From Paraspadella gotoi (Eukaryota; Animalia; Chaetognatha), in the NCBI GenBank assembly GCA_051294375.1, contig CM119266.1:7712606-7776605 (forward strand): a DNA stretch of 64,000 bases. Direction: 5' to 3'. Position numbers and translations under genes: made by a program. The notes beneath the pieces are model-generated. The model made no database searches. It saw only the letters and a list, made by a program, of their open reading frames with translations, and was not told the DNA's origin. Shown here piece after piece: positions 56,294-64,000 of this stretch; within the stretch, counting starts at the first letter, position 1, and every line of letters starts with the position of its first letter.

Positions 56294-59200
56294 TCAGCCC
56301 CTGTTCTCCGCCTCCTTTATCCTCCAGGCCGTCTCCATGAATTTCGTCATGGGACAGACGACCCTTTGATGATTGATCCTCGGGTCCGACCTCAGACCCT
56401 CGACGAGCGGTTTGTGATCCCAACCAACTTCCTGCGCCTCCGTTTGCGGGAAGGGGAACTTGGCTCTGGGGGTGCTGGCGTAGCGAGCCTGTTGAGACAG
56501 ATAGGAGATAGGGAGAGTGAAAGGAGGGTAAGGACATGGCAAGATTAAGGTATGTCAGAAAAGACGAGAAGGGCAAGGCGCATAAGGGGTAAGGGGGAGG
56601 GAGTAGAAGACGATTAATTCATGAGGGAAGGCAGAAAAAGAAAAAAAAGATATTTAGATTATTTAGATGCTAATTTAGTGGAATTTTTATATTTATATTT
56701 AGATGCTAATTTAGTGGAACAAAAATCTAATTTGCATGTTGCAGTGATGTCTAAATTTGAGACAATTTGTAAAGTATTTGAAATTTTTATTGCGAAGTAG
56801 TTTTTCTATAGTAATTTATTTTCTCGCACTTAACGACAGGATATCGTTCGTTCTTGATTTTACTCAAGGCGTACTCCTAGTAATGAAACCTATCTAAAAC
56901 GATTTTATAACCAAAATTAGTTTTTACGAAGGCAATTTTTAAAAGAGTTTTTACCTTACCAACCGACCGAAAGCTTACCTATCACTAAGATTCGATTAAT
57001 CCTAGAAAATGAATTTGTACAGCTCGTTACGAGCCTAGAGCCATACAAGTTTAAATAAATAATTGAAACAAGGTCTGTGGGATAAAATCGAATTTGAAAT
57101 TGATCATCCAATATAAAATAAGAATAAAACCTATACAGGTCATAAATAAAAATCATTGTACCTGTACTCCCATGTGTAAACTTTAATTAAAACCTATACA
57201 AGTTTCAAATGCCATTGATTTAAATGTAACAATAAAACAAATTATATCGCCTTCTAAATAATTTAAATAAAACTATGAAAAAATTTTAAGCCTTTTGTTT
57301 TTCATATTTTGTACATTGCGGCCTCTCTCGTGGAACCAGGGAAGTCATTTGGCTTTTTTTGTTCTTAGTCTTTGGCATCAACGAAATGCCCCATTTTCTT
57401 GTCATGGTCATTGGTCAAGCCTTTCTTTGTGCCCCATAAAAAAGGGAACATCAGGCCAGCTGGATCGAATATAATATTTCCATGTTATAAAACAAAACTT
57501 TTGTTATCTGAAGAACTTTTACAATGGATAATTTAAGAAACGCGATCGACTATCATTGGCACAAGAAGGAAACGATGATCACAGCCAGCGACGCGGACAT
57601 CCGACTGCGCGTGGGACTGGCGATCCTCGCCGGCGTGGACGACCCCGAGAGCGACTTCTTCGCCCTGCGCGGAACGCCTCACATCGTGGAACGGATCTTC
57701 AAACTCGCCACCCAAGAACGGAGATTGATGCCACACGTCAAGGTGGGAGGATATGGATTAATATTCTCATGGAACAATACCATGAATTTTTCTCATAATA
57801 AAATAAGTTGGAGGAGCATTTGGAGAGGGTGGTGTTAGAGACTTTGGAACCTCAGTGATTGCCTCCATACGCGTTTATACTAGCGCCGTTACATTTAGCT
57901 AACGTAAAACGCCGATATTATGTATTAAACCAGCAATTCATTTTTAAAACACTGCTGCAACCCACATGGCAGCAACGACGTACTTTTAGGAAGCTTAGAG
58001 AAGTCAATGTAGCTATCAATAAAACAATATCTTAGTAAAATGATTAACCAATAACCATTTGTATGTACTTATGTGAATCTCTCCCAGATTTCTAAGAGCA
58101 CGAACGACATGGAGATGAAAGGAACTCTCTTGGGTCCGAATAACGAACTTTCTCCTTCCGAAGAGGAATCCTTTTCCTTCTTATCCGATCTGACCGAAGA
58201 CGGGAGCGGACCCATCATGCACTTCTCCATCCAAGGCTCCCTCCAAGGCGGCACACCCGTCCTGTTCCCCACACCGACCGGCATCAAGGTCAGCATGATG
58301 CCTTTCATCCTGGGCGCGTCTTTTGACGAATGCAAGTTGCCCCAATACTTGCAACCATACTGGAAGATAATCAAGAAGTGCGCCATCAAGGAGGTTTGGA
58401 AGGGAAGAGCCAAGCTCGCCCACCCCTTCTGGAAACGGACGAGCGCGTTGGGGAAGGTCTGCTACTTGACCGTCCTCGAGGAAACGTTGCAGGAGGGAGA
58501 GACGCAGTTTCATCCGGGGCTTTGGACGCACTGCATGGGGAAAGTTGAAAGTCAAACGACAGGGAAAAAAGGTGAGGTATCGAAAACTGAAGACAGCACT
58601 TCCTCACTTGACATTCGCCGATCTTTCGTCATTATAAACTTAATTGACGCCTCGGGGTCAGAAGTCAAGATTCAATAAACCAATCGGTAGACAATCATTT
58701 GATTGACGTTGTCACTTTCGTCTTTAACCCTCGCCCCCTCCCACCCTCTCCTTAAAGAAACGATAAGCGGGGGTGGCGGAATGAATTATCGTTTTCGATC
58801 GCTGCCACGAGAGACCGGCGCACAGATCGATGTGGAGGAGGAAGATGAGGAGGCAGAAAAATACACTTTTATCTTTCGTCCCTGGAAAAGCAAGAGACGG
58901 CGAATGACCAGACATATGGTGAGTAATTGTTTTACTTATTTTTTTAATGAACTAAATGAATGAAATTTAAATCTAACAGTCTTCTACAAACTCGATTCTT
59001 AAATCCCCCCCCAACCAACACTCTTCCCAGATCTACCCCCAGACCCGTATGGTTCTCGATGGCGGCGTCTACATGACGACCAACGTCGACGACTCCGTCA
59101 CCGCCTTCGACTGCAAACTCGATCCCAACATCCACGGGGACGAACCGATCGGACGGCTCGGCTGCGTCGAGCATCTACGCCCTTTCCTGCCGCAGCCGAC

Positions 59201-60407
59201 GCCGCTGCGCTACCACCGGTTGTACTGGATGACGGACCGGACGCCCTTCGAGTGCGTTCCGGCCACGGAAACGGTCTATCGGCAGTTTTTCAGCCTGGTC
59301 ACGGGGGACGTGGGGCTTTGGTTCGAGGACGAGTCGACTCCGAACCCGCTCGGGGTCAGACCGGACCCCAAGGTGACCAGGGTGGTCAAGGGTTCGCGGT
59401 TCGACAACGAGTTTCAAGCTTTTCGTTCTTATCCGTGGGTCGGGCGTCGTCTGCTCGATTATCTTAACAAAAATGTCGGTAATAGGATTTCCCGGTTCGT
59501 CACGCGTTTGTGTGGTAGAGGGAGAAATGATTGAGCTTTTATCAAAAAAAGTGATTTACTTGAAAGAACTTTTCAAGTGAGTCGTAAAGTGCTTTAACAT
59601 TTAATTAAGTTCTGAAACCAGTTTTTGATTATTGATTGTTTTCATTGACCTTTCTACATTACTTTTTGACTTTATGAAAGTCATGTTGACCAGTATCTCA
59701 TCTATAGAAGACGAATTAAAAACGATGTATGGCCATTGGCCAATACTTATTCTTAACCGTCAGTTTCAATGTTTGGACGGGTTTGGTTGGAAGATTCTTA
59801 AGATGTAGTTGTATTTCGTAATCCGCTTTGTTTTTTAGTTAATTGTTTCGATATTTCTATACATTGTTTTCCTTTCTATTCATAATGTTTTTATAGTATA
59901 GATTGGAATCACGGTGACCATTGACTACCTCAATCGATTTTTACGTTGTGTTGACGCTTGTTGCGTCCACAGTTGACGCTTTTTAGTTACAATTTAGTTA
60001 TGAGTATGTTTTTCACATTTATACTTTGAAAATACAATTTTTAACTGTTTCTTTGTCTCCACTTTTAATAAAATATTTTTTTCTGAGGCAATTGTGATCA
60101 GAAATACGAAATAGTTTTGATAGCTGGCTCCACTCGCCACGCCCATCGCTGTTTAAAAACTGACCTGGACCCTGTGAAAGGCTTGATCTTCGACCCCCAA
60201 AAGGGCCTTTGAATTGGGCTTGTCAGCGAGATCGTGAAATTTGGTGTAAGGGTTGATGGTGAACTCTGTGAAGAGGCTCGTCCGCCTGTTCTCCTTCAAG
60301 ACGGTCTCCACGAAGACGGCGTTTTGATGGACAAGATTGACGGGTGGTTTGGGAGGGAGGACCCGAGGCTTGGAGGTTTGAGGAGGAGGTGGGGCGCTCT
60401 CCGTCAT
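56294..60407 (-). CDS. CFAP144: FAM183/CFAP144 ciliary microtubule inner protein
   Basis: Exons 60407-60165 and 56488-56294: VHQNAVFVETVLKE..FTINPY..KPNS, then PRAKFPFPQTEAQEVGW..DPRINH..MTKFM, typical of FAM183. Confidence 0.9.
57524..59534 (+). CDS. Nested gene C: uncharacterised protein, putative 2OG-Fe(II)-like (DSBH) family, antisense in the FAM183 intron
   Basis: Exons ~57524-57742, 58089-58572, 58757-58918, 59030-59534; motifs SMMPFILG, VCYLTVLEE..GETQFHPGLWTH, GGVYMTT, GCVEHLRPFL, LYWMTDRTPFECVP, YRQFFSLVT..W..STPNPLGV. Family assignment is from memory. Confidence 0.75.
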
Positions 60408-60585
60408 CTTGACTTGGTTATTTTTCTTTTCTTTTCAATTCATCGATTCATTTTTTTAAAAAATTTTTGTTGGTTTTTCGGTTGAAAACAGAATTTATGT
60501 TTTGTTTTAATTAATAAGTCGTAGTTTTTTTAATCTTTTCCGGGAAGTCGGAACTCGCGACTGAACTGTTGGTGTTTTACTCTCC

Positions 60586-60599
60586 GTTGTTATGACAAC
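60586..60599. promoter_or_regulatory. RFX X-box, ~180 bp upstream of the FAM183 ATG
   Basis: GTTGTTATGACAAC fits the X-box consensus GTHNYY-AT-RRNAAC found at ciliary gene promoters. Confidence 0.75.
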
Positions 60600-61145
60600 C
60601 GCGAAGGGACCGAAGAACTTGAAAGCTTTTAATTTTGAAGCCTGACAGAAAAAAAAATATATCGAGTATTACATCATTAAAATTAAGAATATTAATTATT
60701 AGAATAACAAAGAATCAACTTGATCAAACGTAATGAATTCGGTAGAACAATTATAAAAAAATATTCATTCGTTCTAATTATTACGCAATAAGCATAGATT
60801 AGAGGGCATCAATTTGGGGCGCGAAATTTTAACAAGAAAATGCACAATTACGCATTGATAACTTAATTACTAATATAATGGCAAAGATCATGAGAGTATT
60901 TTTTTAATAATGAGCAAAGTACAAAGAATACTGAATCGTTAAAAAGGTAGAATTTAAAATTTTATTTAGATTTAATCTCAGGGGCAAACGACGCCGATTT
61001 TTTCACCCTTTTTTTTACGCATTGTTGTATTTTTTTTTCTCGATAGCCGCCTCGTTACCAACCAATGATCGAAATTCTTTTTTAATCGATTATTTATTTC
61101 ATTTCGGTTTTCGTGTTTCTTCTTTTCTTATTCGTTTTCTTCAAG

Positions 61146-63957
61146 TCAATAATTCCTCCCGAACCAAGAGTTGACGAGCTTCTTGTGGAGTCCCACCTCG
61201 AATCGAACAACCCGCATCTTCGCCCCCTCCTCCTCCTCCCTCGCCACTTCCTCCATGACCCTGCACACATCCACGACGACTTTGACGCGACCGTGGATCT
61301 CGTGGACGCCGTGCTGGATTCGCGGCGCCGTCGATGCCGGGCGCCGGCGCTGCGACGTCGCGGACGATGACGATGACATCAGATTCATGTCGAGAAGGTA
61401 ACCAGAGGCCTCAAGATCTTCGAATGCTAAAAAAGGAAGACGGGTCTGAGCTGAGAAAGTTTTACTAACGACCAATTTAAAGTTATATCTTTTGTTCAAA
61501 AACTCGATTATTATTTTGGTCGTTTGGCCAGTCAAGCAGCAAACAGCAGCAAACATTTTGGCAAACAGCAACAACATCAAAGAAAGAGAGAGCAACCCCA
61601 TCACTTTCCTTCCCGTCCAGCCTCACCCATCTCCTTGAACAGCACGGGCGAGGTCACCGCGATGAAGGGCTTCTTCAATTCGTCAACGACGACGACGTCG
61701 ACCACGACGACGCCAGCGACGACGCCTTTGAAGAGCTCCGTCCGCCAGTCGAAGCCGAGGGAGTCGACGAGGAGATTGACGGAGTCTTCTGGATGGTCGG
61801 GCCTGATGAGGGTGAGGGGGATGTGGGTGGAGTCGGCTGAGGAGGATGAATGTGGAGATGAATTAATGTAAGAAAGATTCAACGAATGAATCATTTAACC
61901 GAATTAACTCACGATCGATCTCTTTTCGGCAGAAGACGTCGTTGAATCTTTGCTTCCAAAGAGACTTGCGCTGCTTTCGCATCTCCACCATCACGTCGAA
62001 ACCTTGGAGTCCGAATCTGAGGATGAAACGTGTTGTGGATTGTAGTATGGAGCAACGGATAAAAGATGACAAAAGAAATCGAATCTTCAGAAGCCAATTA
62101 CAATTGGAGCACAGTGATTTGTGGATTCAAAATATATAATTTGCATATTCTCGTTTTTTGATTTAGTCTTGATAAATTTCATGAAATAAAAAGCACTTGA
62201 TCCTTTTAACCTGTCACCATATGCCGTCACCATAATCGATCTTAAAAATTTTGAATTACGTGTATAAAAGTTAAAATGGCTAATAATAAGTAAAACATAA
62301 TTATTCGAAAACTCTTTCAAAACCTTCTCTGACTGGCGTAGGCACAAGAGCGCGAGGTCAAAGAATACACCGAGACATATCCTCCACTCCCAATCTCTCC
62401 AATCCCCGCTTTCTCCGAAACCTCGAACTGATGTCGTCGTCGTGTCCTCGAAACGGCTCCGGCCTCCGAGCCACGCCCATCGTCGTCGCCTCCAACGCTA
62501 GAGGGAGGAGGTGGTGGTGATGAAGAGAGACGGAGACGAAGGCGAGGGAATCGGGACGGCTACACCAAGTGGCGAGGAGAGTGGATGAGGTGGTGAACGA
62601 AGGATGGCAGGAAGGGGCGTAGGGGTTGCGTGGAGAATGGCGAGACAAAGGGGAGGTGGATGGTAGTTCGGCGTTGATTTCGCCGTTGCCATCTTCGTCT
62701 TTGTCTCCGGGATCTCGATTCTGCAGAATTCTGACGAATACCGGCGACGCTTTTGGATCGACGCCGCGTGCGGCGCCGTTGGGACCGGCCAAAGCGGCGT
62801 CGGCGGAAGCGCCGAAGAAGTCGCCATCTTCTACCGGCGGCGTCATGAGATCGCGCCGCGTCAGCAGCGCCACGCAGGCTCGTTGGCGCAGTGGCGGTGA
62901 TGACTGATTGACCGGAAGCGTCAAAGGAATGAGGACGATGAAGCGAATCGAATCAATGGAGGACAGGGAAGGCAACTCCAAATCTGAAAATCTGAGATAA
63001 AACATAAAACTCGCTCGATCTTACTTCCTCCAAACTGTTCCTGTGCTCGTTCTCCTACAAGTTCCCCGTTCCCACGACCGCTTCCCCGCCTATTTCACCG
63101 CCCTTTCCCCAACCCGTTGCCTCGCCTGTTCCCACTTTTGTACCCCTTCGCGCTCCATCACCCACCGGATGGAGGAGCTCATCGAAAAATCCATCGGGCG
63201 TTTGTCCTGTGCGGAGAAAACGAACGTCTTGGCGTTGGCGAAGGGCGACGCCGATCGGGTCGTCACCCACATCTCCCAATGAAGATCCAAATCCTGGAGG
63301 ATCTTATTGAAGTTTGGGAGGCCTTGGAACATCCTCGTCGATTGAAGGTGTTTTGAGAGAACTGGATGGAAAGAGGAAAGAAGGCGAGTGGGAGAGATTA
63401 AGGAAGGTAAAAAATTATGATTTCTTTCTTTCTTTCTATTTTTTATCTTCCATCCACCAGTCGCAGCTGGTCACAAGTCTAACAGTTTTCAGCCAATCAT
63501 AATCACGGGAATAAGGAAGATCAAAAAAATTCGTTCTTTCTCTCTGTCTTGTCTTTTCTTTTCTTTTCTTTTTTATTCTTTTCCCTCCTCCTCCCTCTTT
63601 ACCCGCGTTCCTCCTTTTCTTGCAACCCAGCACGTAAGCCTCCTTCACTTTTCCCTCACACACCAACCTCCTCACCGCCTCCCCCGCATTATTTCCTCCT
63701 CCTCCTTCGCCTCTCCTCCCCCTTCTCGCCAAAGCTTCCTCCCTCTTCCACCAGGGGAGCCACAGGGCGTCGTCGTCGGCCAACGACTTCCATTTCTTGG
63801 AGACAAAAGAACATCGGTTGATGTCAAGAGGGGGAAGGAAGGAGAAGATTTTGAGGAGGAGCTCGGAGGGGAGGAGGTCGAAGGGGAAGGGAGAGGAGGA
63901 GGAGGAGGAGGAAGAGGATGCGAGAGAGGATTTCGAGTTTTTTCGAGACGTCGCCAT
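61146..63957 (-). CDS. FBXO15: F-box only protein 15
   Basis: F-box LPSELLLKIFSFLPPLDINRCSFVSKKWKSLADDDALW; later SLAFVSVSLHHHHLL, FGLQGF, SLGFDWRTELFKG..DELKKPFIAVTSPV and C-terminal VNSWFGRNY*, resembling FBXO15. Confidence 0.85.
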
Positions 63958-64000
63958 TTCGAGGATGTTTTTTCTGGTTACTTTTATATCTATAAATCAA

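Overview
AT-rich, intron-rich eukaryotic (most likely invertebrate animal) DNA with GC-rich exons, GA microsatellites and N-gaps. The minus strand carries six genes head-to-tail with only ~470-740 bp from stop to next ATG: FBXO15 > FAM183/CFAP144 > TMEM138 > MAP9 > TTLL1 > DYNC2H1 (runs off the left edge). Five are cilium/microtubule genes, and an RFX X-box precedes FAM183. Four protein genes are nested antisense in their large introns: a type II membrane protein with an 18-residue-repeat stalk, a small secreted paralog of its head domain, a CYP2-clan P450 and a putative degenerate 2OG-Fe(II)-like protein. Two intronic tRNAs (Asp, Glu) are also present. The 18-kb dynein intron holds Helentron/DINE-1-like repeats and two different tRNA-derived SINE heads, each fused to a twister-ribozyme-like fold (one P5-permuted with a compensatory pseudoknot change). 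A 3.7-kb inverted duplication and a 1-kb tandem duplication next to N-gaps are probably assembly artefacts. All gene identities come from recalled protein similarity, not database searches; repeat boundaries are approximate.
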